Sequence record: NC_049849.1
Strand: one strand, 5' to 3'
Length of the DNA: 64,000 nt
The position numbers and the translations under genes are program-made. The notes under the pieces were generated by a model. The model was not told the DNA's origin and ran no database searches. It saw only the letters and a list, made by a program, of their open reading frames with translations. Below, piece after piece: positions 8,975 to 18,501 of this stretch (its first letter is position 1; the number at the start of each line of letters is the position of its first letter).

Positions 8975-10645
8975 TTACCCTTTGTTCTGTTGCGCGGTGT
9001 GCTCCGCCTTCGTGAGCTCCGCGAGGTCCCATTTCTTTTCGAGCTTGGTAACGTACCAGCTTGGGATAGTCTCTTTAATACCAGACTCCGGTACGTTGAC
9101 ATAGGACTTGTTGTGCGGTATGTAAACCAGCCAGGCACCGCCAGTGCCGTGACCAACAATCAAACCAATGCCCTCAGTGGTCATGTAGAATTTGCCGATG
9201 AGTGTCGGCGATTTCTTCTCTGCTTGCGCACCCGGTTCTTTCTCTAGCTCTTGGCGTCTGGACAGTGCTTTAAGGAAGTAGGAATGGAACTCGTGCTTCT
9301 TGCTGTAGGGCAGCGCATGTTCGACTTCTTTGCGATTGACTTTGTCCCCAAGCACTAGATATGAGACAACCTCTGGATGCTTCCAATCAGGATGCCAAGC
9401 CTTCATGTTGTCGCCGCCTGCCAGGTCTGTGACAATCAGCGGACCGTAGGTGGAGTTGAATGTCCTGGCGACTAGATCGAAACCATACGCTGGCTTCGGC
9501 CCGATGCTCGGCAGCTTACCGCCCTTTTTGAAGACGTTATCCCACGGCTTATTAGGTATGATTTCGCTTTCCGGTTTCTTCTGTGCATTGCTATGCGCCA
9601 TCTGCATGAAGGTTTCGTACTTGGTCATGTCGGACGCCGGCACCGCAGCCTTGAAGGCACCTAGATAGACTTGCATTTGCAGTGACTTGTAGCCAGTCTT
9701 CTTTGGAACATTCCACCCAGGCTGCCATACACGTACGAGGGAAGGCTCATCAATGCCGATGACCAGCAGTGGACCGAACTGCGAATTGAAAGCCTTGCCC
9801 AGCAACTCGGGTCCGAACTTGGGCTTATATACCGTATCCTTGAGCTTGCTGCCAGGACCCCAGTTGAAGTTCTGTGTGGTCGGCACTCCGGGCAGGCCTT
9901 TGCTTGGCTTGCCAGGCTCGAAAATCGTTTTCGCGTTCTTGTCCAGTATGGGATTGCGGATCACCGTGGTCTTAATCGACTCGTTGCCGGGAATGAATAC
10001 GATGAACTCGCGCTCATCCGTATAGTCATCCAGCTGCTTGTGAGCACGACCCCACATGAAAGCAGCAGAGCGATAGAATGTTGCGAACTTGGGGTCACCG
10101 CCTTCCTTGTGCGCGGCATCCAGCGCCACGAACATTTTGAATAGCCGATCAGTGATGATCTTAATCGACGCGTGGTCTGCAAGAACCAATCGACGGTCAG
10201 GCTTCCATGAAACGGTCAGCTTGTCATACGCTTGAAACTTTTTGAGAGCCACATCAGAGAACGATAGGATCGGACTGAACGTGTTTTTCTTATTCAGCTC
10301 CAGCGTACCGCCAACCGGAATCTGCTCGTCTTCTTTGTTGACCTTGGTGCTACGATACAGCAGCTTGGGGACCTTCGGCTTAGCCAGCACCTGCAAGTGA
10401 GCCATGGCGACCGCAATGGCATCAACCTTGTCATAAGTGCGGGCTTCAAGGGCAGCGCTGTGCAGACGTTCGCTTTTGTTCTGCATCATGAAGTCGCCGC
10501 TGAACCAACCAGTGACCAGCGTCGGCAGCTTGTGCGCCAGGAACTCCCGCTCATCAGCGCCAAGCTTCGAGTAGAAGGCCCACGTCTTCTTTACATCAGG
10601 CGTAGGCTTCAGCGCTAACAGTCTATAAGCTGCTTGGATTTCCAT
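8975..10645 (-). CDS. Putative ADP-ribosyltransferase (R-S-E class) with leader and C-terminal repeated beta modules, 556 aa
   Basis: LLYRST / PILSFSD / DEREFIVF follows the R, SxS, ExE order; N-terminus MEIQAAYRLLA. Confidence 0.6.
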   Translation of the reverse strand: MEIQAAYRLLALKPTPDVKKTWAFYSKLGADEREFLAHKLPTLVTGWFSGDFMMQNKSERLHSAALEARTYDKVDAIAVAMAHLQVLAKPKVPKLLYRSTKVNKEDEQIPVGGTLELNKKNTFSPILSFSDVALKKFQAYDKLTVSWKPDRRLVLADHASIKIITDRLFKMFVALDAAHKEGGDPKFATFYRSAAFMWGRAHKQLDDYTDEREFIVFIPGNESIKTTVIRNPILDKNAKTIFEPGKPSKGLPGVPTTQNFNWGPGSKLKDTVYKPKFGPELLGKAFNSQFGPLLVIGIDEPSLVRVWQPGWNVPKKTGYKSLQMQVYLGAFKAAVPASDMTKYETFMQMAHSNAQKKPESEIIPNKPWDNVFKKGGKLPSIGPKPAYGFDLVARTFNSTYGPLIVTDLAGGDNMKAWHPDWKHPEVVSYLVLGDKVNRKEVEHALPYSKKHEFHSYFLKALSRRQELEKEPGAQAEKKSPTLIGKFYMTTEGIGLIVGHGTGGAWLVYIPHNKSYVNVPESGIKETIPSWYVTKLEKKWDLAELTKAEHTAQQNKG

Positions 10646-10654
10646 GTCTAGTCC

Positions 10655-10996
10655 TTACTTCTTCGATTTGTAGCGCTGATCCTCTGGAACCTTCGACCAC
10701 ATCTTCTGCTGCTTCACAGCCTCAGCCTTCATTTCTCTGTAAATAGACTTCAAGTTGTTCGGCACAGCCTTATCAACTTTTTCTTCGTACAGCAAAATCC
10801 CCAGGTCAGCGAACTTGACGTAGCCCCAACCTGTTTGCCAAGTCGGGTTGAAGACGCCGGCGATCTTACGGTCAGCGTCGACCATGACGACCAACACCGG
10901 ACCTTCCTTACTGTCACGGTAGGTATTGGGTTCGGGCGTTGCGGCGGGTGCGCGCCTCGGAGCCGCCGCAAGGCGAGCGCGTGCTTGAATTTCCAT
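10655..10996 (-). CDS. Leader-bearing small protein; stand-alone copy of the beta module repeated in the 556-aa protein
   Basis: MEIQARARLAA; YRDSKEGPVLVV...VFNPTW resembles FNSQFGPLLVI...VWQPGW. Confidence 0.65.
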   Translation of the reverse strand: MEIQARARLAAAPRRAPAATPEPNTYRDSKEGPVLVVMVDADRKIAGVFNPTWQTGWGYVKFADLGILLYEEKVDKAVPNNLKSIYREMKAEAVKQQKMWSKVPEDQRYKSKK

Positions 10997-11005
10997 GTTT
11001 ATTCC

Positions 11006-12142
11006 TTAGTGAAATTTGTACTTCTTACCGCCTGGGCCCCCGGTCTTGGTGTTGCTCTTAGAGCCCCACTTGTAACTCGGCTTAGACTTAGCCGGACCGC
11101 CGCCTTTGTAACTCGTCTTCTTTTTGAAGCTAGGCGGCTGCATCCATTCGTCAGACTCGTCGTTGCCGCCGTCGAAGTCGAAGGGCTTATAGCCTTTCGG
11201 CAAGCCTTTCTTGAACACCTTGTACACCGGCATCTTCTCGAACTTGAGTCTATTCTCTTTGCTCAAGTCCTCCATGAAGTAGTCAGCCGATTCGTCGGTA
11301 CCCATAACGTTTTTAACGTCAGTAACAACGGTCTTCATTTGATTGGTCAAGACTTCGACCTTGGGGCCGACTTTGGTGATCACGACATTGCCGTACTTCG
11401 GCCAGTAGCGAACAGCGCCAATGTTCAAAGCGAACGGATTGCGAATTACCTTGACCGTCAAACTTTCGTTGCCCGGGATGAACACGATGAACTCGCGTTC
11501 CTTCTCGAAGTGTTCGATTTCGCTCAGCGCATCTTCCCATTCATCAGAAGCCTGACTGTAGAAGTTGATGTAAGGGTCGGAGTCATCTGACTCGCGGTCG
11601 TCGTGAGCGTGCATCAAGTCGTCAAACATATTCTTGAACATCGAACATATTTGAACCATCCAATGGAAGTCACCCAACACCAAACGCGGGTCTACCTTCC
11701 ACTCAATAGTCAAGTTATCCGACTCTTCAAACATCGTAGGCTTCTCGTCAGCAAACGACAGGATCGGACTGCGAGTCGTCTTGGCATTGAGTTCCAACGT
11801 GCCGCCGACAGGAGTGAGCATCTGCTCTTTGTTCACATGCGTGGCACGGTACAGAACCTTCGGGACTTTGAACGGAAAGGCTTGCTTGATGTGTCCAAGC
11901 GCGACCGCGATGGCATCAACCTTGTGATACTTCTTGGCAGTCAAATGCGAAGTCAAGCGTTGCGTCTTATTCTGCTTTGTGAACGAACCGCGGAACCATT
12001 GCGCAAGCAACGGCGGCAGTTCGAGAGCAAGGAAGCTGCGCTCCTTCGGGCCAAGCTTCGAGTAGAACGCCCAAGCCTTTTTGCTGCTTGAGGGCGGCTT
12101 CAATGCCTCAAGCCGAGTGGCTGCTTGAATTTCGTAGGTCAT
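11006..12142 (-). CDS. Putative ADP-ribosyltransferase paralogue 2, 378 aa
   Basis: MTYEIQAATRLEA; VLYRAT / PILSFAD / EKEREFIVFIPGNES; clearly aligns with 8975..10645. Confidence 0.6.
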   Translation of the reverse strand: MTYEIQAATRLEALKPPSSSKKAWAFYSKLGPKERSFLALELPPLLAQWFRGSFTKQNKTQRLTSHLTAKKYHKVDAIAVALGHIKQAFPFKVPKVLYRATHVNKEQMLTPVGGTLELNAKTTRSPILSFADEKPTMFEESDNLTIEWKVDPRLVLGDFHWMVQICSMFKNMFDDLMHAHDDRESDDSDPYINFYSQASDEWEDALSEIEHFEKEREFIVFIPGNESLTVKVIRNPFALNIGAVRYWPKYGNVVITKVGPKVEVLTNQMKTVVTDVKNVMGTDESADYFMEDLSKENRLKFEKMPVYKVFKKGLPKGYKPFDFDGGNDESDEWMQPPSFKKKTSYKGGGPAKSKPSYKWGSKSNTKTGGPGGKKYKFH

Positions 12143-12143
12143 A

Positions 12144-12908
12144 TTATTTGCTCTTGTACGCTTTGGGTTTTGGCTTCTTCTTTTCCAGGTTACGGTTCAG
12201 CAGCACGGTGCACGCCAGTCCCTCGTTACCCGGAACCCACACGATGTATTCGCTTTCAGCCCTGTATTCTTTCATGGTCTGGTACAGCCGAGTCCACTCT
12301 TTCAAGCCCGCTGCATACTCCTTCTTCAGCTGCGGCGTTAACTTATCAGCCGGAGTATTCACTAGCAATGATCTGAGCATCTTGGCAGTAGACTCGGCGA
12401 ACATAAGAAGGTAACGCGGAGTCGACAGGACCAAACGCTGGTCCGTTTTCCATTCGAGGTCCAAAGTACTGTGGCCTCGAAAGTTAGGCTGAACCTTGCT
12501 AGAGAACGAGAGGATCGGAGTCAACGTCGATTTCAAATCCAGCGTTACCGTATCACCTACCGGAGTCTTCTGCTGCTCTTTGTTGATGCCAGTAACGCGA
12601 TACAGCTTGGCCGGAGCTTTAACGGGAAAGACCTGCTTGATGTGAGCAAGCGCCACAGCAATCGCGTCGACCTTGTGATACGAACGAGCTTCAATCGAAG
12701 ACTCCAGGCGTTCGCTCTTTCGATTCTTGCCTTGGTGCATGAACGACCCACCGAACCAGCCTTCAAGCAACTTCGGCAATTCAACGCGAAAGAATTTGCG
12801 CTCTGCCGTCCCAAGCTTTTTGTAGAACAGGGCGAATACTGTCTTGGGCGAAATGTCGTTAGCGGTTAATGCTTCAAGCCGCGTGGCTGATAGGACTTCG
12901 TATGTCAT
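12144..12908 (-). CDS. Putative ADP-ribosyltransferase paralogue 3, 254 aa
   Basis: MTYEVLSATRLEA; KLYRVT / PILSFSS / RAESEYIVWVPGNE; KVDAIAVA is shared by all three paralogues. Confidence 0.6.
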   Translation of the reverse strand: MTYEVLSATRLEALTANDISPKTVFALFYKKLGTAERKFFRVELPKLLEGWFGGSFMHQGKNRKSERLESSIEARSYHKVDAIAVALAHIKQVFPVKAPAKLYRVTGINKEQQKTPVGDTVTLDLKSTLTPILSFSSKVQPNFRGHSTLDLEWKTDQRLVLSTPRYLLMFAESTAKMLRSLLVNTPADKLTPQLKKEYAAGLKEWTRLYQTMKEYRAESEYIVWVPGNEGLACTVLLNRNLEKKKPKPKAYKSK

Positions 12909-13453
12909 GAGTACTGCCCTTCGTTCATTTGGATATCGCCTTGCGGAGTCGGCTGAACTCCATCAATGGTCATGACTCCCGTGTCCACTGTGACGTTTCC
13001 CAGGGTGTCAGGAGATTGACCGTTGACCGACAGGACCGGATTGGTCGACGGTGGCACAACAGGGCGGTCAAGAGAGTCGCCGAGTGCTTGGTGAACAAAG
13101 AGCTTCACCGGCACAGTCGAGACATTTTTGACAATGAAATTGGTAGTCAGCTCATCCAACACCAGCAGGTTCTTGACGTAAATCGTGACCTGCGTGTCAT
13201 CCAGTTTCCGCGTGTACTCAACAGAGATAGGACCATCGCAGCGAACGATCAGCATGTTGGAACTGGCGCCAGTCCATACTTGATTGGGTGCGAGTTCGAA
13301 GATCGAATTTTGAATCGAGGTCTCGCTCAGATAGGCTTGCGAGTAGTCACCCACACGCTGGCGAATCTGATTGTAGCCTTGCTGCACACCTACGCTTACC
13401 ACCAGAGAGTTCCTGGGCTTTTTAGCCGGGGTGATTGAAACTTCGTAATCCAT
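12905..13453 (-). CDS. Probable virion/fibre-associated protein, 182 aa (start MDYEVS)
   Basis: VLSVNGQSPDTLGNVTV repeats typical of fibre proteins; C-terminal NEGQYS resembles the DxGTY/F ends of other fibre genes here. Confidence 0.6.
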   Translation of the reverse strand: MDYEVSITPAKKPRNSLVVSVGVQQGYNQIRQRVGDYSQAYLSETSIQNSIFELAPNQVWTGASSNMLIVRCDGPISVEYTRKLDDTQVTIYVKNLLVLDELTTNFIVKNVSTVPVKLFVHQALGDSLDRPVVPPSTNPVLSVNGQSPDTLGNVTVDTGVMTIDGVQPTPQGDIQMNEGQYS

Positions 13454-13454
13454 T

Positions 13455-14582
13455 TTATTTCTCCAGTGCCACGATATAGTCGGTGAGCTTTTCTTTGTAG
13501 CGCACGAGCTTTGCCAGTTCGGTCGACAGCGACTCGGCGCCAGGACCTTCACCAAATTCTTTCAGCTTCGACTGCACTGCCGTAATCTGATTGTCGATAG
13601 AGGACAGCGCAATGTAGGCTCGGTCGAGTTCGGGGTCACCCGTTTCTTCCGGCTCTTCCTGATCGTTGTCGTCAAACTCTAGCTGCAGGTTCGACGGGTC
13701 TTGACCAAGGTTGATGATATCCTCGGCTGCATCTTTCATGTAGCCCATGAACTTCTGCATCTTGATTTCGTCACGCTGCCGTTGCGCTTCACGGTCTTGC
13801 TTCTCTTGTTCAGCCCGAGCTTTCCGATTCTCCGCCGCCTTATCTTTGGCGTCTTGTATCATCTGCGCGTCGTCTTCTTCAGTAGAGAGCGACTCAGGCT
13901 CATCGCCGTCCTCGTCAGGGATAATCTCGTCGTTGCCTTCGTCGGGTCCGTTCTCGTTATCGTCAGCAGTGCCTGGTCTGAACTTCGACTCGGGATGCTC
14001 GGCCAGCCACTGCTTTTGTTGCGACGAGTCCCACGATTTAAAATCCTGTTCAGAGATAGCGCGAATGGCTGTAGCTTGCAGTCGAGTCGATGCGAAGATT
14101 TCCATCATCAGCTCTTGCTGCGACGGCAGAGTGATATCTTCCAAGCGCTCTAGCGTTTTCGGATCAATGGTTTCAGGAATGCCCTCGAACGATTGCGGGT
14201 GGCCGTTCTTGTCCACCATATCGCCGCCGGCATCATCACCAGCTTCGATTCCAAAGTCATCAGCTTGTTCAGCGTTCGGCACATCAGTACCAGTGAAGGC
14301 CGACGACGCTTTGATGAACGCAGCAGCTTCGGTAATGGAAGCTTTCAGCTTTGCGTCGTCGATGCACTTACTGCAAATTTTGGAGCCACCACAGCGGGAG
14401 CGCTCGCCGTTAGCATTTGCAAATACATGACCGTGCCCAGCGCCCATAGCGGCACGTCCATCTGAAGTCTGTGGTACTCCGTCGAACATGGCGGGGTATT
14501 TTGTTTTGAGCATTGCATCAAATTCCTCTTGGGTTTCACCACGGCGCTCTAGTAGGCGCTGCATTCGTTGGTCTATATCCAT
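13455..14582 (-). CDS. Acidic hypothetical protein, 375 aa (start MDIDQR), with GHGH..RCGG..C..C motif and internal leader MEIFASTRLQA
   Basis: The ATG at 14582 abuts the stop of the upstream gene at 14584. Confidence 0.65.
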   Translation of the reverse strand: MDIDQRMQRLLERRGETQEEFDAMLKTKYPAMFDGVPQTSDGRAAMGAGHGHVFANANGERSRCGGSKICSKCIDDAKLKASITEAAAFIKASSAFTGTDVPNAEQADDFGIEAGDDAGGDMVDKNGHPQSFEGIPETIDPKTLERLEDITLPSQQELMMEIFASTRLQATAIRAISEQDFKSWDSSQQKQWLAEHPESKFRPGTADDNENGPDEGNDEIIPDEDGDEPESLSTEEDDAQMIQDAKDKAAENRKARAEQEKQDREAQRQRDEIKMQKFMGYMKDAAEDIINLGQDPSNLQLEFDDNDQEEPEETGDPELDRAYIALSSIDNQITAVQSKLKEFGEGPGAESLSTELAKLVRYKEKLTDYIVALEK

Positions 14583-14583
14583 A

Positions 14584-14844
14584 CTAGCCCGGATTTCCCA
14601 CAGTGTAGAAGTAAACCTTGTCAGGCGTGCTAGGCATCGTAACGCACCAGCACGTCTCGGAGTCTTGCTCAACGATTGCGCCTTCAGCTTCGAGTGCCGT
14701 GATAGCGCGCTCTACATCATCCGGGTCGTTGTCGATAGCCAAGCCCTGCGAGCTGACTTCGGCGGCGAGGCCTGCGGCGTTCAGTATGTCGTGTACCTCG
14801 TTGACTGCTGAGGCTTTCAGTCTTGCACGGGCTTGGATTCTCAT
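14584..14844 (-). CDS. Leader-bearing small protein, 86 aa
   Basis: MRIQARARLKA; tiles exactly with neighbours. Confidence 0.7.
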   Translation of the reverse strand: MRIQARARLKASAVNEVHDILNAAGLAAEVSSQGLAIDNDPDDVERAITALEAEGAIVEQDSETCWCVTMPSTPDKVYFYTVGNPG

Positions 14845-15123
14845 TTACGTCACCTTGTATGCGATAGAGAAGTCGTGACCGTCTTTGCCTTTGCTGATGT
14901 ACTGGACTTCGATGCCATTGCGCTTCAGCATTTCGAAGTAGCGGAAATGAATCGTGCCATCAACAAAGAAGAAGCCCTCGTTGATTTTTGCATCGGGGCT
15001 GTCTTTCATTTTCTTGTGAAAGGCCGGAGGGATCGAAACGTTCGGCATCAAGTGCAGGTCTTCGATCACTTCGGAGATAGGACGCGCTGCAGCAGTCAGC
15101 CGTGCCTTTGCTTGGATGTGCAT
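14845..15123 (-). CDS. Leader-bearing small protein, 92 aa
   Basis: MHIQAKARLTA; TAATG coupling with the upstream gene. Confidence 0.7.
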   Translation of the reverse strand: MHIQAKARLTAAARPISEVIEDLHLMPNVSIPPAFHKKMKDSPDAKINEGFFFVDGTIHFRYFEMLKRNGIEVQYISKGKDGHDFSIAYKVT

Positions 15124-15749
15124 TACTTCTTCCTGTTAAACGGATTGATCGACATGACGACCGGCACGCGCCACTCAGGGCCCCACGGCTTGGTGTCCGA
15201 GTACCACTTCAGCTGGTCACGGTCCCAGTAGTTCCACGCCTTCCAGCCCAGCTTATACGTGCCGTACTTGCCTTGGTAGTTGATGTTCCACAAACCATTG
15301 GTAGCGGTAGCGATGAACAGCTGATGCTTACCATCAAACGGCTGCCAGGTTTGGATCGTCCACTTCTTCTGATCCATCACTTCGCCAAGCGGGTAGTAGG
15401 AGAAGCCGTAACCAGAGTTGCGATTCAGCCAACGCCACTGGTAGTATTTGCGACGCCAGAAGCTCGGCAGATTGTCTTTGCTGTATGTGCCCTTCGGTAC
15501 GAAGTAGCCGCCAATCCAACCAGTGTCTAGCGACGCATCAAACGTCTCTACCCACTTGAGCCAGTTCGGCAGGCGCTGTTCCAATCCTTGCCATTCAGGC
15601 TTGGCTTGCGAGTACATCCACTCCTCGGGCTTGACCGGACGTGCGACAAACACGACCCACCAGTTGAGAAACAGAACGCAGAAAAGGTTGAAGACCAAAT
15701 CAACCAGACCCAACGCCAACCACTTCAAAGTTTGCACTACATACTTCAT
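15123..15749 (-). CDS. Trp-rich protein with N-terminal hydrophobic segment, 208 aa
   Basis: LALGLVDLVFNLFCVLFLNWWVVFV is a likely transmembrane helix; WRWLNRNSGYGF; AGGAG RBS. Confidence 0.7.
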   Translation of the reverse strand: MKYVVQTLKWLALGLVDLVFNLFCVLFLNWWVVFVARPVKPEEWMYSQAKPEWQGLEQRLPNWLKWVETFDASLDTGWIGGYFVPKGTYSKDNLPSFWRRKYYQWRWLNRNSGYGFSYYPLGEVMDQKKWTIQTWQPFDGKHQLFIATATNGLWNINYQGKYGTYKLGWKAWNYWDRDQLKWYSDTKPWGPEWRVPVVMSINPFNRKK

Positions 15750-15759
15750 TGACTAACTC

Positions 15760-16005
15760 CTATTTGAAAAGACGCTCTGCCTTACGCAGCAGATGCGACG
15801 CCATCTTGATGTTGCCTTGCTTCAACCAACGCTCGACCTCTTCAGCGATATCCAACATATCCCGCTCTTCGGATTTCACCAAGTCGCGAATCAGTCTCGG
15901 CATACGACCTAAGGCATCAGCATCACCCTTCAGTGCTTGCTGGAACAGAATGGAAGGCCCGTTGAAGGCCTCTAGCCTTGACGCTGCTCTTATTTGAAAC
16001 CCCAT
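15760..16005 (-). CDS. Leader-bearing small protein, 81 aa
   Basis: MGFQIRAASRLEA. Confidence 0.7.
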   Translation of the reverse strand: MGFQIRAASRLEAFNGPSILFQQALKGDADALGRMPRLIRDLVKSEERDMLDIAEEVERWLKQGNIKMASHLLRKAERLFK

Positions 16006-16008
16006 AGC

Positions 16009-16206
16009 TCAAACTCCAAAACGAGTAATGCGCTCCGCCAGTGTATCAGCATAGCGATCCATGAAGAAGGCCTGAGTCTCTAGCAACTCTTGATCGGCCA
16101 AAGGTAAATCCTTGAACAGCTGAGTTTCAAAGAATGCCTTGAGCTTGGTCAAGCGTTCCATGAGTTCCGAGTGTTCACTTACTACGCGTTGCTGATGTGG
16201 TGCCAT
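16009..16206 (-). CDS. Small coiled-coil phage protein (crAss001_48-like), 65 aa
   Basis: HQQRVVSEHSELMERLTKLKAFF...QELLETQAFFMDRYADTLAERI pattern, recognised from memory. Confidence 0.6.
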   Translation of the reverse strand: MAPHQQRVVSEHSELMERLTKLKAFFETQLFKDLPLADQELLETQAFFMDRYADTLAERITRFGV

Positions 16207-16218
16207 TATTTTTCCTAG

Positions 16219-17775
16219 TTATAGTGGGCCTGCGCAAGCACCCCAGTTGTAGCTGGCGGGTGCATAGCGTCCCCACACAGAAGCTGGGCTGATAGTGATA
16301 CCAACAGCACCAGTTGCCCCTCTTGCCACGCCGGCTCCACCCGACCCGCCGCCAGAACCATCACCGCCAGTGTTGCCACGGATAATTAGGTTTTGCTTGA
16401 ACGGCTTCAGCTCGTTGTCCAACCGCGATTGAATCTTGGACGCAGCGCTGTCGAGGTACTGAGTACGATCCACGTTCAGGCTAATGGCTTGGCCTTGGAA
16501 GTCGAATGCCTTCTCACCTTCGGCGAGATACTGCGCTTCGATTGCAAACAGCTCGGCCAACATCAACCAGTACTCGCGAATGCCACCCAGTGCATTGGTC
16601 ATGGTGAAGTTCGTAGAAACGCCCATCCAACCATTGAACGCATCAGCCGCACGTCGCAACCAAGTCATGATTGTGGTCGGTGGGAACAACAGGTCAGGCG
16701 CTCCGTAGAGAGTCGTACGCGCCTTGTTGATCTTTGCCTTCACATCGTCAATCGCATTGGCTAGCGATGCGTTGATAACGAATAGATCGGTGCGTTCAGT
16801 GTAGACGCGTGCCGAATACTTCGATTGCCAGAACTTCCACACCACCGAGTACGGATAGACCGCAGCCGGCAGGTTGTCGGTGACCAGCACGCCTGCATAA
16901 TACCAACCAGACGCGACCTTGATAGGAGCATCGGTAGCAGGCTGCGACGTATCCGAAATCATCGTCAGCGGAACCAGCTGCTGATTCTGCCTAAACAGTT
17001 GGATGCCTACTCGGTCATACATCTGGTCAGTGACGAGCTCCAGCGTTGCAGGATCGCCCTGCATTTCGACTTGCGGTTGCACACCAATGGGCACGGTAAC
17101 GAGACCGACCACGGTGATGGCTTCGCCTTGAAATTCACGCACGGTCGAGCCATCAGGCTGCCGACGTTGAATGGTCCAACGCAGTTGATACTTCTGGTTC
17201 TCAATCGTAGGCGGAATGTCCGACGGTACAACGATGACGGCACGCGCCAGTACGTTGTTAGAGAAGCCGTTGACCTCTACGCGATATTCAAAAGCATTGC
17301 CTGCAGCGTAGACCGTACCATCCTCGGCCAACAGCTCATACAGAACGAAGCCGCCAGAGGGGTCGATATCAACTGGGTACGAGAACACGCACGTACCGAT
17401 GACCGAGTCGCCGGCCTGTACCGTATCGACCAAGTCCTTAAATGCGTCAGGGCTCTGCGTCGAATACGGAACCAGTTCGCCGGATTGCGTATTGCAGGTC
17501 ACGGCTAGCAACGCTCCGAACTTGCGGAGGTTGGTGGTGACCACAACATCAATGCCGTACGAGATACCGGGGCTGCCGCCAGTCATGCGGACTTCGATGG
17601 TGACGCCATCAATGCCGAGATACGTAGCATTAAGTGGGGTGGTGGTGACTGGAGTCGGGGCACCCAGTTCAACCAAAGTGATCGTTTCGCCTGGTTGAAG
17701 CAGTGACCCCAACTGCGCTTGCACTACAGTGTCGCTGTTAGTGTCTTTGTAGTAGACGAAAGTTGTTGATGCCAT
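16219..17775 (-). CDS. Virion structural protein, possibly head-tail adaptor/neck, 518 aa
   Basis: Long ORF with beta-rich N-terminal part and helical C-terminal part (EKAFDFQGQAISLNVDRTQYL); function inferred from context. Confidence 0.5.
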   Translation of the reverse strand: MASTTFVYYKDTNSDTVVQAQLGSLLQPGETITLVELGAPTPVTTTPLNATYLGIDGVTIEVRMTGGSPGISYGIDVVVTTNLRKFGALLAVTCNTQSGELVPYSTQSPDAFKDLVDTVQAGDSVIGTCVFSYPVDIDPSGGFVLYELLAEDGTVYAAGNAFEYRVEVNGFSNNVLARAVIVVPSDIPPTIENQKYQLRWTIQRRQPDGSTVREFQGEAITVVGLVTVPIGVQPQVEMQGDPATLELVTDQMYDRVGIQLFRQNQQLVPLTMISDTSQPATDAPIKVASGWYYAGVLVTDNLPAAVYPYSVVWKFWQSKYSARVYTERTDLFVINASLANAIDDVKAKINKARTTLYGAPDLLFPPTTIMTWLRRAADAFNGWMGVSTNFTMTNALGGIREYWLMLAELFAIEAQYLAEGEKAFDFQGQAISLNVDRTQYLDSAASKIQSRLDNELKPFKQNLIIRGNTGGDGSGGGSGGAGVARGATGAVGITISPASVWGRYAPASYNWGACAGPL

Positions 17776-18501
17776 TTATCCTACCGCCACAATGTCTAGG
17801 AATCCCCTGCGGTCTACGTTCATAGAGAAGCGTTCGCCGCTCGGTAGTTGAGATATCATGACCAAGTCGGTGCCGTGCTTCACGACTTGCGAGGGCTTCT
17901 TGGTCAAGAACTGTACGCCGAGTTTGCCAAGCTCAACCAGGAAGGTCAAGGCCGACACATCGGTAGAGAAGTGAATCATGTCCAACCCATCAGCTTGCTC
18001 GACCGAGATTTTACCCTTGGCCAAACGGTTAGCGGCTTTCATGATCGCAGTTTTCGGATCGGCTGCGGCGGTGACCCGCGCTTCCATGTCAGCACCGTTA
18101 GCGAGTTCATCAGCTACAGCGCCATCGGCCGAACCTTCAATGGTTTCATCTTCGACTTCGGAGACGACACCGGGAAACATGGATTCAATGACGAAGGCCA
18201 TCGACTTCCCACCATCGGTCTCCAGCTCATCGGAAGTCACGACCGAAGGGTCTTCTGAACTCGTGACTGCTTGGTACATTGCATCGACTGCGGATGCTTG
18301 GGTGATCGCGTAGGCTTTCACTTTATCTCGTCCTTTCAATGATTCAGCTTCGTCTTCACCGTCACGTTCAAATTCTGCATCGGTGAGTTCTTGCTGAAGT
18401 TCATTTGCGTACTCGGTGTCTCCAGTACGCTTGGCATCACGAATCTGATTCTTGAGGTCACGGATTCGCTTGTCCAATTCTTTCGAGCTATGAATACGCA
18501 C
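17776..18501 (-). CDS. Acidic hypothetical protein, 241 aa
   Basis: Tiles in the operon, with GGAG upstream. Confidence 0.65.
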   Translation of the reverse strand: MRIHSSKELDKRIRDLKNQIRDAKRTGDTEYANELQQELTDAEFERDGEDEAESLKGRDKVKAYAITQASAVDAMYQAVTSSEDPSVVTSDELETDGGKSMAFVIESMFPGVVSEVEDETIEGSADGAVADELANGADMEARVTAAADPKTAIMKAANRLAKGKISVEQADGLDMIHFSTDVSALTFLVELGKLGVQFLTKKPSQVVKHGTDLVMISQLPSGERFSMNVDRRGFLDIVAVG

